Shown here: piece by piece, positions 11,662 to 24,533 of the stretch
Layout of the letters: every line of letters begins with the position of its first letter
Position numbering within the stretch: the first letter of the stretch is position 1
Assembly (NCBI RefSeq): GCF_963921235.1
Contig: NC_086122.1
Location: 24,180,001-24,244,000 of the forward strand
Direction: 5' to 3'
Source: Mobula hypostoma
Taxonomy: Eukaryota
DNA length: 64,000 nucleotides
The notes under the pieces: generated by a model
What the model was told of the DNA's origin: nothing
What the model saw: the letters and a program-made list of their open reading frames with translations, nothing else
Databases searched by the model: none
Position numbers and translations under genes: made by a program

Positions 11662-11938
11662 GCTTCCATTGCGGTCTCTGGAAAAGATCCGACTTTGAAG
11701 TCCTCTAAATGACTCAAAGTCCAACCCTACATTCCTGTCATGAAGGGTGGTAATTGGTAAGGCCGACCAACAGGGCTCTGGTGAAGCTGTACAGGCCAAT
11801 TCCCTGTACTGTGGATACAATGGGTTACAGAAATATTGATGAACTCCAACCACACAAATCGACTTCGAACGATAGAGACGGGAGGTCATCAATGGCCTAT
11901 GCTCCACTGGGGGCTAAAGGCCCAAGAAGAAGAAGAAA
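11662..11938 (+). mobile_element. Non-autonomous RTE-derived retroposon
   Basis: RTE-type 3' end (…aatggcctatgctccactggg) with a (gaa)n tail; possible TSD aattgat / aaatgat. Confidence 0.6.
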
Positions 11939-12054
11939 TGATTAGGGCACCAAAAAGGAGGGAAAATGTTCATCAGAATGACAAAGAAATAAACCCTACA
12001 GAGATTTGATCCTTTCAAATTTGGCAGCTAGCAATGATATTGCATTATTAAACA

Positions 12055-13472
12055 GATAAGATAGGGTAAGAAAAAGACTCTATTTATCCCAAAGGAAATC
12101 ACTGTTGCAAGGGTTGTTCAGTCAGTAATATATGCTTTTAAAACACAAAATGTAAGTATTGAGGTAGGACAAAAATACAAAATGTGCATTAAAAAGTAAT
12201 AGTGCAAAATGCAGATGTGCAATGAAACCATATAGTTCTATACCTAAGGAGGAGGAGTTGTAGAGTCCTATAGTCATAGGGTGAAAGGATCTCCTGTGGC
12301 GTTCAGTGGTGCACCTCGGTGGACTCCATCTGTTACTAAAGGTGCTCCTCTTTTTGTCCGGTATGTCATGGACGGGGTGAGAGGGATTGTTCATAATGCT
12401 CCGCAGCTTCTGCAGCATCCTTCTCTCAGACACGACCACCAGGGAATCCAGTTCTATCCACAAAACAGAACCAACCTTCCTGAGGAGCTTATCCATCTTC
12501 TTGGCGTCACCTGCTCTCACCCTGCTGCCCCAGCAGACGACAGTGTAGAATAGAATACTGGCCACTACTGAGTCGTAGAACATCTGCAGCAACGTACTGC
12601 AGACGTTGAATGACTGGAGCCTCCTCAGGAAGTACAGTCAGCTCTGTCCCTTCTTGTATTTTCAGTCCAGTCCAGTTTATTGTCCAGGTGAGTTCCCAGG
12701 TAATCCAGGTGAGAAGACTTCAACTAGTGGGCCACTGTCTATGCCACCCCGAGCTACCTGCCAGCCTAGTCTTCATATGGGAGCCCAAGCATGGGAGGAT
12801 GAACCCTGGGCGCCCTCCCAAGACTATGGTCAACACGCTCCTAGAAGTCAGCGGTGCGGCTGATGTAGATGAACTGAACACACTGATGAGGGAGAGGGAG
12901 AAGTGGAGAGTCCATCATCATGCCCGATGCCGGCCCCCTAGGCCTGAGTTGACATAGTAGTTGTAATCCCAGATGACTTCCACATCCGTTTTCTTGGTGG
13001 AGATGGGAAGGCTGGGTTCCCATCCCAGAAGGGTTTTCACCTTCGTGAAGTCCACCACCAACTCCCTTGTCTTAGTGATGTTGAGCTGCAGGTGATTCAG
13101 CCCACCACTCTTCTGTATTCAGCCTCTTGGCCCCGGCTGCTAACAGCCCACAACTGCCAAATCATCCAAAAACTTCTGCGGGGGCGGGACTCCGAGTTGT
13201 ATCTGAAGTCCGAGGTGTAGACGGTGAACAGGAAGGAGGACAGGACAGGCCCCTGAGGTGTCCCCGTGCTGCCAAGCACAGTGTCTGATACATAGCTCTG
13301 CAATCTCACATACTGTGGCGTCTGGACAGGTCGCCTATAATCCATGATACTAGTGGAGCATCCACCTGCATCTCCGTAAGCTTACTCCCCAGTAAAGCAG
13401 GTTGTATGGTGTTAAAAAGCACTAGAGAAATCAAAGAACAAGGTTCTCACAGTGCTGTCTGGCTCATCCAGA
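12055..13472 (-). mobile_element. Rex1/Babar LINE, 5'-truncated, degenerate RT
   Basis: GTPQGPVLSSFLFTVYTSDFRYNSES; MFYDSVVASILFYTVVCWG; NPSHPVH…RSTFSNR…TERHRRSF. Confidence 0.9.
12707..12962 (+). mobile_element. RTE-clade LINE 3' fragment inserted in Rex1
   Basis: RRLQLVGHC…WEPKHGRMNPGRPPKT…REREKWR; (tag)n tail; TSD gtaatcc (12700-12706, 12963-12969). Confidence 0.8.
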
Positions 13473-14427
13473 TATTCCCAGTATCTAATCCAAGACCCTT
13501 CTTCCTTCAAATAAGTTTGCATAAGTTTCCCTATGAAGCATATACGTCAACTTACTAAATTTCCTAGTTAAATACATTTTTTCAGCTCAGTGAGGAAATA
13601 AAAAAAAGACATATAAAAAAAATCAATTGTGAACTAAAACAACGCCATAAGCAGTAGAAAAATCCTACAACTGGCTCTGGAGGAGATGTTGGGCAATAGG
13701 AGACTTCCAATGTCTCATGTCACGGGCAGAACTTTATCAAGTAAGTAACAGCCGACATGGTGATGTAAAATATTGGAAACAGTGCCAAAGAGTGTTTGTT
13801 TATAAGCATTTTCCACATTACAAACTTGATCAAGACACTTCAGAGAACTTCACTTCAGTTATTAGCATGGATAACCTCAATCATCACATCTCTGATCCCA
13901 CAACCTAGACTCATTTTCAGGGACTCTTAGACTTGCGTCTTCAGTGTTATTTATTTTTATATTTATTTGCACAATATGTCTTTTTTTTTAAACAGTATGT
14001 GGTCAGGATGTCATCTTGCAGTCAAGAAGTTGTAAAAGATGAATCATTTTGAGAGATTCATAGATAGACAAAGGGGTCAATGGAAGATTTGAGTTTGTGG
14101 CAGGGACAGAAGACAATCATTCCAACCATAAGTTGAAGGAAATTTTGTTCGTCCAGCACCGGATGTCAGCCAATTTAGGAAGGATGAAGAGTTGACACTG
14201 GGTGACACGGGCATAAATGTGGAAACTGTGTTTCTAGATTATATTGCTGACCAGCAGAATGTGGACAAGAATACAAGGATATAGGACTGATTATTATTGA
14301 ATAATTATGCCTTTACTTTCAAATCTTCTATTGATCCCCTGCAGGTTAGAGTCCAAAGGCCCATAAGGACTTCTCATTAACAGCCGTTCTCTCTGCGAGA
14401 AGCTGGACAGGCTCGATCAATGGGCTG

Positions 14428-15401
14428 CATTTACAATATATATTAATGATTTAGATGAGGGAATTAAAAGTAACATTAGCAAATTTGCCGATGACACAAA
14501 GCTGGGTGGCAGTGTGAAATGTGAGGAGGATGTAATGAGAATGCGGGGTGACTTGGACAGGCTGGGTGAGTGCGCAGATGCATGGCAGATGCAGTTTAAT
14601 GTAGATAAATGTGAGGTTATCCACTTTGGTGGTAAGAACAGGAAGGCAGAGTATTATCTAAATGGAGTCAAGTTAGGAAAAGGGGAAGCGCAATGAGATC
14701 TAGGTGTTCTTGTACATCAGTCACTGAAAGCAAGCATGCAAGTACAGCAGGCAGTGAAGAAAGCTAATGGCATGCTGGCCTTCATAACAAGGGGAATTGA
14801 GTATAAGAGCAAAGAGGTCCTTCTGCAGCTGTACAGGGCCCTGGTGAGACCACACCTGGAGTACTGTATGCAGTTTTGGTCTCCAAATTTGAGGAAGGAC
14901 ATTCTTGCTATTGAGTGAGTGCAGCCTAGGTTCACAAGGTTAATTCCCGGGATGGCAGGACTGTCATATGTCGAAAGATTGGAGTGACTGGGCTTGTATA
15001 CTCTGGTATTTAGAAGGCTGAGAGGGGATCTTATTGAAACATATAAGATTATTAAGGGATTGGACACGCTGGAGGCAGGAAGCATGTTCCCGCTGATGGG
15101 TGAGTCCAGAACCAGAGGCCACAGTTTAAGAATTAGGGGTAGGCCATTTAGAACGGAGTTGAGGAAAAACTTTTTCACCCAGAGAGTGGTGGATATATGG
15201 AATGCTCTGCCCCAGAAGGCTGTGGAGGCCAAGTCTCTGGATGCTTTCAAAAAAGAGATGGATAGAGCTCTTAAAGAAAGCAGAATCAAAGGTTATGGGG
15301 ATAAGTCAGGAACTGATAGTGGATGATCAGCCATGATCACAGTGAATGGCGGTGCTGGCTCAAAGGGCCGAATGGCCTACTCCTGCACCTATTGTCTATT
15401 G
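14428..15401 (+). mobile_element. Young CR1 LINE, 5'-truncated RT/C-terminus
   Basis: IYINDLDEGIKSNISKFADDTKLGG, WQMQFNVDKCEVIHFG, LVRPHLEYC, FFTQRVVDIWNALP; few stops; intact 3' tail. Confidence 0.95.
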
Positions 15402-15589
15402 CGTGGGACAGCACAGGTAGAACAATTGTCAGGGAACCTGGTCACTTAGATTAAAGATTTGGCAGTCAACTGGAAAGGGTAGATTTAACAGCTCATCCAA
15501 ACAAACCACCTCTGTGCTGCTTTGAGTTACGTCAGCTTCTGCCACGGACAGGCAGGCAGATTCGAGACTGGAAAACTGTGTGGATATCT

Positions 15590-16046
15590 TCACTCACCTC
15601 AACTCTGAACTGAATCCACAACCTACAGACTCTACAACTCAAGTTCTCAGTAGATACCTTTTTGCACATCGGTTGTTTCTGAGTCTTATTTACGTACAGC
15701 TTTTCATAAGTGCTATTGTATCTCTTTATTTTCCTGAGAATGCTTGCAAAAAATGAATCACAAAGATTCAAGAACAACTTTTGTCATCTCTGCCATTTGA
15801 TTTCTGAATGGACATTGAACCCATGAACACTAACCCACTACTTTTTTGCACTACTTGTTTAATTTAACTATCAGTTAACTGTTTAATTTAACTATTAAAT
15901 AGTTAAATTAAATTGGCACAGCCTTTATTATGTATTCATTGTACTGCTGCGGCAAAAAACAATAAATTTCATGAGATATGCCTGAATAAACCTGATTCTG
16001 GGGTGGTATTTGGTAACATATACATACTTGATAATAAACTTACTTT
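15590..16046 (+). mobile_element. Nested Rex1/Babar 3' UTR fragments
   Basis: ttcaagaacaac…ctgccatt..atttctgaatggacattgaacccatgaacac and tails aaacctgattctg / gataataaacttactttg, shared with copies at 41195, 43580 and 50100. Confidence 0.6.
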
Positions 16047-16379
16047 GCAGACTTGATCTTGATTTAAAATCCAAAGACAGGGAGCCCAGAATGCAAAGGT
16101 GCAGGAAAATGAGTGAATGAAAGCAAATTCAGTTGACAGACCCTTTACCAGTCAAGTTAACTCAGGTTTTTTCTATGGGGCAAATGTTTCAGGCATATTA
16201 ATATAGATAGCATAAGCCAAGCTTAGGCACGTTCATGTACAGTATCTCACTCCTAAGACATTACATAAATAAGACATTTCCACAGTGGTTTTGTGTTTAA
16301 GAAAAGCAGCTAAGTGGAATTATTTATACACCTGAGAATACTGTAGATCCAAATCTCACAGTGCTAATACTGTAGTTTG

Positions 16380-17900
16380 ATTTTTTTACTTATGAGTAAA
16401 CTGGTTTTAAATATTATTGACTTTAATATTAATTATGTGAATCCACTTTAAGATTTTGCTTGGACGCAATCACCTCATTCGTTGCGAATCATAAATTCGT
16501 TAATGAGCAAATACTACCAAAATATACACCATCGTTTACACTCCACACAACAAAGGAGAGTTCAATGTGAAGAGACGCACTTAAGCTCCAGCACTCGCAA
16601 AAAGTCATTAATTCCATGCCCAGTTTTGTGGGTGGGATCAGTTGACTAACTCGCCCTGTACTCGGTTAACTATTTTTAAATTACCCAGCTTTTTTCCATC
16701 GGCTCGATCAACTTAAACCGCATTGCTCTGTTTAAAAAAAACGAACGCATTCTAAATTTTAAAAAAAGCTGCATTTTCAATCCCAACAGGCACCCAAAAG
16801 AAATCAGAAAACAGGATTTTTTTTAAAAAAAAAGCTGCTTTCATCCTCTTAATTAAGATGATCACGACCCAAATGATTGCACGGGAATTATTCCTTGATC
16901 TGCTCTAATTAACAACGAACAAAATGAGGGCTTTAAAATAAAGCCGGGGGAGAAAAAAAACAACTCTCGGCAGCGTCCTCACTTCAAAGGGGGACAGGGG
17001 GCTGCTTTTGTGCCATAACGAAGTGTTAAGAAAGAGTGACTCAAATACTCCGGTCACGGCGCACGGCTAATCAACGGCAGCAAAGACAAACAATATACCT
17101 TTGCGCCCATTAGTGAGACCGTTTTCCTGTTAAGGAAAGGCTAACAACCTTTGATGTGCTCCATTTGATGCTTTGTTCGCTCAAAGAGTTTGCTGCTGTA
17201 GAGAGCATGTGGGCTTTCATCTCCATGTAAACATGCACCACGCACACAAAAGGTAATATCTCCGTTAAATGCAAGAATGGGCCTTTTATTTTTTTTTAAT
17301 AAATAATCTTTTATCAGCTGGATTCAACTGAAAAAGGTTTTTTTTTGTTTTGGTGTATCGTGATCAAACGAAACATGCTTCAGAGAAAAGACGTCTGAGA
17401 CTTGCGAGAAGCGAGATGCAAATAGCGCTTACCTGCAATTGAAAACTCTTAATTGGTCAGACAAAGGAGCAAATGCATCAGCTTTAAACATAAATATATT
17501 ATGCAAGCAGTTGATTAATTATGCATGCATCGGCGGGCTACTTCATCTTTTCTGTGGGGTCAAAGTTTTACCAAAATAATGAAATAAAAGTTATACTTTT
17601 TTGTTCCGTCTAATCTGAAATTAAGTCTGTGGAAATGAATAAAGACTCTGCATCTAATTCTGCTCCTTATCGAGACAGATTTACAAGTGATTGGATTTGA
17701 CAGTAAAATAGCGTGTACAATTAATTATTATGTTACTGAAGATACCATAGTGTAAAAAGGCACCAGGAGAAAAAGTTACATGTTTTAAATTGTTTTAAAC
17801 CAGGTTGTGTCTGTTCTGTGAATCGTAAGTGCCTAAATTGTTATTGATTTTTAATAGCTTTTGAATATTTTCCAATACCAGCAAATATTTGGCATCTGAC
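16380..17900. promoter_or_regulatory. Candidate conserved non-coding element / enhancer cluster
   Basis: 1.5 kb free of recognisable repeats, CpG retained; TCF/LEF sites (16981-16990, 17148-17157), SOX (17089, 17171), FOX tgtaaaca (17226), octamer atgcaaat (17416), many TAAT cores. Confidence 0.5.
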
Positions 17901-18674
17901 AATCCTGGGGGTGAGAGGCAGCCAGCTATTTTACAGGCGTAGCTTGTTCCATCTCCCCAGACATGCAGCACGGTCGTTTATGACTGAAACAGGTTCACAA
18001 ATAAAATCCTCGCCACACGGGCCCGCGAAGAAGGTGGGCGGCCCGCCACTGCCAGCAAGTCCTGGTCCAGACTTATGTCGGGATAGGTCTGGGCTTGTGT
18101 TAGGATGTATCTGGTTTGTGCCAGAATAGAACTGGGAATTGGGCCAAACAGCATCAGATCAGTGCAAAAATAGAATTGTGATTTTTTTTTGCTAGAGAGA
18201 CTCGGGATTGTGCCAACAAAGGCTGGGATTATGCCAGGATTTTATTCTGCATAGAATTCTATTTCAATCTAATTATACGGCTTCTATTGTACTGAAAAGG
18301 TTACAGCAGAAAGACCAGCGTTACCTGTAAGTGTTTGAATGGGATCAGAATCTTGGACCAGGGTTCTCAACTATTCTTATGCCATGGACCAATACTATTA
18401 AGCAAGAGAGCCCATGGTAGGTGTTATTTGCACTTTCAAGATTGTTCTTGATTCCTTTAGCTATGATGAAAAATACAGATCTTGGTGAAATCTGAACTTT
18501 TTTCCAACAGTGTAAGAAAAAGCACGTGGCTTTAATGCCTTGTTCAGGCTGTGAACAGGCCCATCCCTGATCCTCTCAAGTGGATGAAAGTAGCTCGAAA
18601 GAACTGTACCCCTTGGTTTCCCGAACTCCAGCAGGCTACACGCCTGAACACTGGATTTGCTTCCCGATACGACA

Positions 18675-18925
18675 AGGCGGCACGGTAGCATAGTGACTAG
18701 CGCAATGCCTTACAGTGCAGGAAAACCAGGGTTCGATTCCCACCGCTGCCGGTAAGGAGTTTGTACGTTTTCCCCCGTAACCGGTTAACTCCCGTTGGGT
18801 AGGCTAATTGGTCATTGTAAATTGTCCCGTGATTAGGCTAGGGTTAAATTGGGAGGTTGCTGGGCAGAGTGGCTCAAAGGGCCTTTTTCACACTGTATCT
18901 CAATAAATACATAAATAAAAGAAAT
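18675..18925 (+). mobile_element. tRNA-derived V-SINE-like element
   Basis: A box (ggtagcatagtgac) and B box (ggttcgattcc); body ttggtcattgtaaattgtcccgtgattaggctagg; A-rich tail. Confidence 0.8.
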
Positions 18926-19194
18926 AAAGAATGCAAAATACTAGCAACTCTCGTCAGGTGGGAATGCCCAGTGAAATGAATCTCCTTGGCTGCTGACAAT
19001 GGAATGTTTGTAGTTTACAGGCAATTTCTGTCAACTGCACAACACATTGTTGGGATGCATCAACAGAGCACAATTGCAATATACAAATGCCATTTTACTT
19101 TGAGTGCAGCCCACTGATTTGGGAGAATTGCGATTAAAAACAAGCCCGTGCAGAATCGCTGGTGTGGCAGCCGTCTCTCTGACTGCTTTCCTCA

Positions 19195-19497
19195 TTCATT
19201 TTAAATGTTGGCAAGGGCCTGATCTTGATGAATATGCAAACAAGATGCTCTACAGAAGACATGCCAGGGCTCCTTTGACAGCACCGCTCACAATCCACAT
19301 TCTGAACCACCTAAACATGGGAGGGCAGCAGGTGCGTGGGAACACCATCACTTTCAAGTTCCCCTCTGATTCACACACCATCTTGGCTTGGACATGCACG
19401 GCAATTCTTTGTGGATCTTTAAATGCACAGCTTCCTCCCTGAGGGTGCTGTGGGAGAACCTTGTGTACCTGGGATGCCCTGGTTCAAGAAGGTGGCC
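19195..19497 (+). mobile_element. Old CR1/L2-group LINE 3' fragment
   Basis: gggaacaccatcac..tcaagttcccctc…cacaccatcttggcttgga…ggttcaagaagg, resembling a recalled chondrichthyan LINE terminus. Confidence 0.5.
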
Positions 19498-20002
19498 TTA
19501 TCCGTCTGGGTGGCCTCCAACCTGATGGCATGAACATTGACTTCTCTAACTTCCATTAATGCCCCTCCTCCCCTTCACACCCCATCTCTTATTTATTTAT
19601 TTATTTAATATATATATTTTTCCCCCTTTTCTCTCTCTTTTTTCTCCCTCTGTCCCTCTCACTATAACTCCTTGCCTGCTCTCCACCCTCTGGGCTCCCC
19701 TCCCCCCTTCTTTCTCTCCCCAGGCTTCCCGTCCCATGATCCTCTCCCTTCTCCAGCCTGGTATCCCTTTTGCTAATCAACTGTCCAGCTCTTGGCTCCA
19801 TCCCTCCCCCTCCTGTCTTCTCCTATCATTTCGGATCTCCTCCCCCTCCCACTTTCAAATCTCTTACTATCTCTTCTTTCCGTTAGTCCTGAAGAAGGCT
19901 CTCGGCCCGGAACGTCGACTGTACCTCTTCCTAGAGATGCTGCGTTCCACCAGCATTTTTTGTGTGTGCTGCTTGAATTTCCAGCGTCTGCAGATTTCCT
20001 GG
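19498..20002 (+). mobile_element. Penelope-like element 3' end with mutated hammerhead
   Basis: RLGGLQPDGMNIDFSNF C-terminus; hammerhead at 19884-19921 has GAAA changed to GGAA. Confidence 0.85.
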
Positions 20003-20214
20003 TGCCTGGGTGTTAATTGTTAGCCTAATCTATGCCGTAAGAATAAATTAAGCAGAATTTCATGAATGAGGGGGTGAAAGTAAGGCAGAATCTCCAGTGC
20101 GACATAGACGAAGAAAATTTAGTGATGCCTGTTTGATCATTAGTTGTTTAATAACAGTTCCATCATCTTCTCACAGGCTCCGTTTAAAAGAGCATTGTTT
20201 TTTCTGTGCTGCTC

Positions 20215-20802
20215 GCGGCTGATACAGCACAGGAGTGGGCCCTTTGACACACGCTGCCCCAGCAACTCCAAAGGCATCCGTTAGTCTTGCGAGACCATGT
20301 GGATCTGCGCCTGGAAAGTCTTCACTCTCCCTGGCGCAGGCCTGGGCAAGGTTGTATGGAAGTTGCCCATGCTGCAAGTCTCCCCTCTCCACGACACCGA
20401 TGTTGTCCAAGGACAAGGACTAGGCATTAGGACCCATACAGCTTGGCACCAGTGTTGTCGCAGAGCACTGTGTGATTAAGTGCGTTGCTCAAGGACACAA
20501 CACGTTCCCTTGGCCGGGGCTCGAACTCACGACCTTCAGGTCACTAGTCCAATGCCTTAACCACTTGGCCACGTGCTCACACAGCAACTCCACAACCCCG
20601 ATTAACCCTCACCTAATCACAGGACAATTTACTGTGACCAATTACCCTCTCTGGACTGGCGGAGGTAACCAGAGCACCTGGGGAAAACCCAAGCATTCCA
20701 CAGGGAGGATGTACAGGGACTGCTTACAGAACGGGACCGGAACTAAACTCCAAACTCTGGAACGCCCCCAGCTGTGATAGCATCGGACTAACCGCCGTGC
20801 CC
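20215..20802 (-). mobile_element. V-SINE-like element interrupted by another SINE
   Basis: cctaatcacaggacaatttac is the reverse complement of the body at 18820; head near 20740-20800. Confidence 0.7.
20271..20581 (-). mobile_element. tRNA-headed SINE family A
   Basis: A box tggccaagtgg, B box gttcgagcc; 11-bp TSD cagcaactcca (20260-20270, 20582-20592); second copy at 43020-43323. Confidence 0.88.
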
Positions 20803-20818
20803 ATCGTCTGGTATTTTA

Positions 20819-21925
20819 CACTCAAATGCCACTTTGTTAGATACCTCCTGTACCTACTAAAAATGGCCACTGAGTGAAGGCTCGTGGTCCTCTGCTGGTG
20901 TAAGTTCGATGTTTCGCACATCCAGAGATGCGCTTCTGCACACCAGGATTATAATGTATGGTTATTTGACCTTCTGCCGCCTTCCTGTCTGCTTGAACCA
21001 GTCCGGCCCATTCTCAGCTGACCTCTCTGGCTAACATGGACCTGCTACTCATTTGCTGTTTCTTGCTTCTCGCACCATTCTCCATAAACCCTAGAGATTG
21101 TTGTGAGTGAAAACCACAGGGGATCAGCAGGCTCTTGCAATACCACCCCACGTGGCACCAACAATCATTCCACAGACAAAGTCATTTGGGTCATAGTCAT
21201 AGTCATACTTTATTGATCCCGGGGGAAATTGGTTTTCGTTACAGTTGCACCATAAATAGTAAATAGTAATAGAACCATAAATAGTTAAATAGTAATATGT
21301 AAATTATGCCAGTAAATTATGAAATAAGTCCAGGACCAGCCTATCGGCTCAGGGTGTCTGACCCTCCAAGGGAGGAGTTGGAAAGTTTGATGGCCACGGG
21401 CAGGAATGACTTCCTATGGCGCTCTGTGCTGAATCTTGGTGGAATGAGTCTCTGGCTGAATGTACTCCTGTGCCCAACCAGTACATTATGTAGTGGATGG
21501 GAAACATTGTCCGAGATGGCATGCAATTTAGACAGCATTCTCTTTTCAGACACCACTGTCAGAGAGTCCAGTTCCATCCCCACAACATCACTGGCCTTAC
21601 GAATGAGTTTGTTGATTCTGTTGGTGTCTGCTACCCTCAGCCTGCTGCCCCAGCACACAACAGCAAACATGATAGCACTGGCCACCACAGACTCGTAGAA
21701 CATCCTCAGTATCATCCGGCAGATGTTAAAGGACCTCAGTCTCCTCAGGAAATAGAGACGGCTCACAATTGTTCTCCATCCTGATGTTTGGGCTGAACAA
21801 CAAATGAACCTCTTGGCCATGTCTGCATGCTTTAACAAAGAGTTGCTGACACACGATTGGCTGATTAGATATTTGCATTAACGATGTGGTGTACAGGTGT
21901 ATCTAAATAAAGCAGCCACTGAGTT
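20819..21925 (-). mobile_element. Non-autonomous Tc1 derivative (three-TIR family) with a Rex1 insertion
   Basis: Degenerate TIR cactcagtggccactttattaggtac; colinear with 51286-51832. Confidence 0.8.
21191..21762 (-). mobile_element. Young Rex1/Babar LINE 3' fragment
   Basis: Open frame SRLYFLRRLRSFNICRMILRMFYESVVASAIMFAVVCWG…KSFLPVAIKL; (tatgac)n tail. Confidence 0.92.
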
Positions 21926-22407
21926 TATAGCATTTTCTGCCTTCGTTGTGTTTCCTTTGTAACTTTACCTACAGTGTTCTTCCTGTTGTGGCATTTGGGG
22001 GGTAGTTCCTTCTCTCAGTCCATTACTGCATTTCTAAGTGTTTACCCATTATACTTGAGCCTCTTGTGTTGGCAAAAATAAAATGTTGTGGATTGTAGGC
22101 AAATGAAATGAAAGGAGAAAGTGCTGAGAATTCTCCACGGGCCAGACAACATTTGTAGAGAGAGAAAATGAGTTCATGTTCAGGTCAGGATTTCTCCTCA
22201 AAACCGTGATGAATGTTGACGGAGTTTCTCTCCACGGATGCTGTAGACTGATATCTGTCTCATCACTAAAGTAATATATGCTGAGAGTAAAGTGAAAGGC
22301 CACTTACTTCTAAATTTCTATTCCAACTTCGTTCAAGCAAGAACTCTGCAAGGCTCCTTGGGCACGTGAGTGTGGATGAAATAACCTCATGAAGAACTAA
22401 CTGAATG

Positions 22408-22855
22408 AAGGTCTGTGGCCTCCTCCTGTGCCACGATGAGGCCACCCTCAGGGTGGAGGAGCAACACCTTATATTCTGCTTGGGTGGCCTCCGACCTGAT
22501 GGCATGAATATTGATTTCTCCTTCCGGTTTAAAAAAAATCCCTCCCCCTCCCCTCCTCTTCGATTCCCCTCTCTGGCCTCGTACCCTTATCACCTGCCTA
22601 TTACTTACCCGTCCTCCTTCCTGTTCTCCTGAAGTTCACTCTCCTCTCCTATCACGATCCTTCCTCTCCAGCCCTATATGTTTCCAACCTATCTGGCTTC
22701 ACCTATCACCTTCCAGCTAACCTCCTTCCCTTCCCCGAGTCTCGCCCCGAAGCTGTTTCTTCATTTTCATAGCTGCTGCCTGACTTGCTGACTTCCTCCA
22801 GCAGTTTGTGTGGTTGCTTTGGATTCCCAGCATCTGCAGACTTTCTTATGTTTAA
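22408..22855 (+). mobile_element. Penelope-like element 3' end
   Basis: GLLLCHDEATLRVEEQHLIFCLGGLRPDGMNIDFS; pseudo-LTR with the hammerhead largely deleted. Confidence 0.8.
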
Positions 22856-23630
22856 GGATCAACCACTGTACAGGATCATGAGATCCGATAGACTTCCTGA
22901 ATACGTTATAAAACTACTGCAGAATATGATTTCAAAGTTGAAAGAACCCAGGGTGTCGTTGGAGTTTCATACTAGTCCCACAAAATACTCATATCCCAAT
23001 ATATGAAAAAGGCAAAATAAAACTAAATTCCATAACAGAAGCAGAAAATGATGGAAGTTCTCAGTGCCTGTGGAGCGAGTAGAATGTTTCAGATCAATAA
23101 CCAGTCCAAGGAACCTAAGATATCACTGTTCTCCCTCCTCCAATGCCATTTCGAGTCTAAAAATCATCTGCTTCACAGTGAATCTGATCGAACCAAACAG
23201 CTAGCACTCCACAAACCGCGAATCAACTCCTAAAGTTGTTCCTCTGTCCCATATAAATGTTACCTTCATTTGCCAAAAATATATATATTTTTTACCATAT
23301 TGGATAAAATAATATTCTTCTTATGAACTGAGATTGCTAAAATGGGAGATATGTAACATATACGTATGACAGAGATTTGCCATGATTGGCTTTCTTATAA
23401 TTAGAAGACAATTTTAAGTACATTTAATTTAGGAAGGTATTTCCTCTGTGTCTTTGAAGCTGATTTGATATTGGTAGCTTCCAGCAATTGAGAACTGGGT
23501 ATCTGTGAGCTGCTGTTCCTCTCGTTTATGTCACTTAATCCCTTCTCCCTAGCCCAGGTGACAGCCCCTTGCATTCTGGTTAAATAGCTTCTACCGTGAA
23601 TTTAATGGGGAGATTACAGCAAATCAACTC

Positions 23631-24250
23631 TTAGATTATGAAGACACGTAGTCCTCTTTTATTGTCATTTAGTAATGCATGCATTAAGAAATGATACATT
23701 ATTTCCTCCGGTGTGATATCACAAAACACAGGACAGACCAAGACTGAAAATACTAACAAAACCACATAATTATAGCATATAGTTACAACAGTGCAACAAT
23801 ACCATAACTTGATGCAGAAGTCCATGAGCACAGTAAAGTTCAAAGTTTCTCAAATGTCCCACATCTCACGCAGACGGGAGAAGGAAGAAAAACTCTCCCT
23901 GCCATGCCGACCACAGTCCGACTCTGAGTCATCCGAAAACTCCAAGCTCTGATCAGCTCTCCGACACCGAGTACTGAGCGCCATCTCTGTCCGAATGATT
24001 CGACCTCCTTCTCGGTCGCCAAAAGCAGGCAAGGCTGGGGATTTTGAGGCCTACCCTCCGAAAAATTCCCGACCACACAGTAACGACAGCAGCGAACCGG
24101 CGTTTCAGAAATTTCTTCAGATGTTCCTCTGTGCTTTCACGTCCATTCTCCATCAAATCAGAATTGTCCACGGCCCCTATTTAACAGATACGATATCATT
24201 TTTCACCAGAGGGCTGCACACGCAGGTGCGCCGCCATCTTCTCCTCCCGC
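23631..24250 (-). mobile_element. Non-coding ~620-bp retroposon family X (probably Rex1-dependent)
   Basis: 5' ggagaagatggcggcg; 3' aatgacaataaaagaggact…ataatcta; related copies at 42389, 55499 and 62518. Confidence 0.75.
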
Positions 24251-24533
24251 TAAATACTGCTCTCATTCCTGCACAATTCTGGGGTTCCAGGCAGTTGCAA
24301 GAGAAGAGTACATGGCGGTGAACTTCTAACATCAGGATTAAGTGAAACATTAGAAAGTTCACAGTACCTATTGCAGAAATTGCCTGGTCCTTTGACGAGC
24401 TTGGAATACATATTTTAGCCTTTGATAATCTTGATGCATATTAAATCTGGATCAATAACCAAGCATGGAATGTAAATTATGGAAAATCAACACAATGGAA
24501 AAATAATCATTGCAGACAACTGCAAAGGTGATC

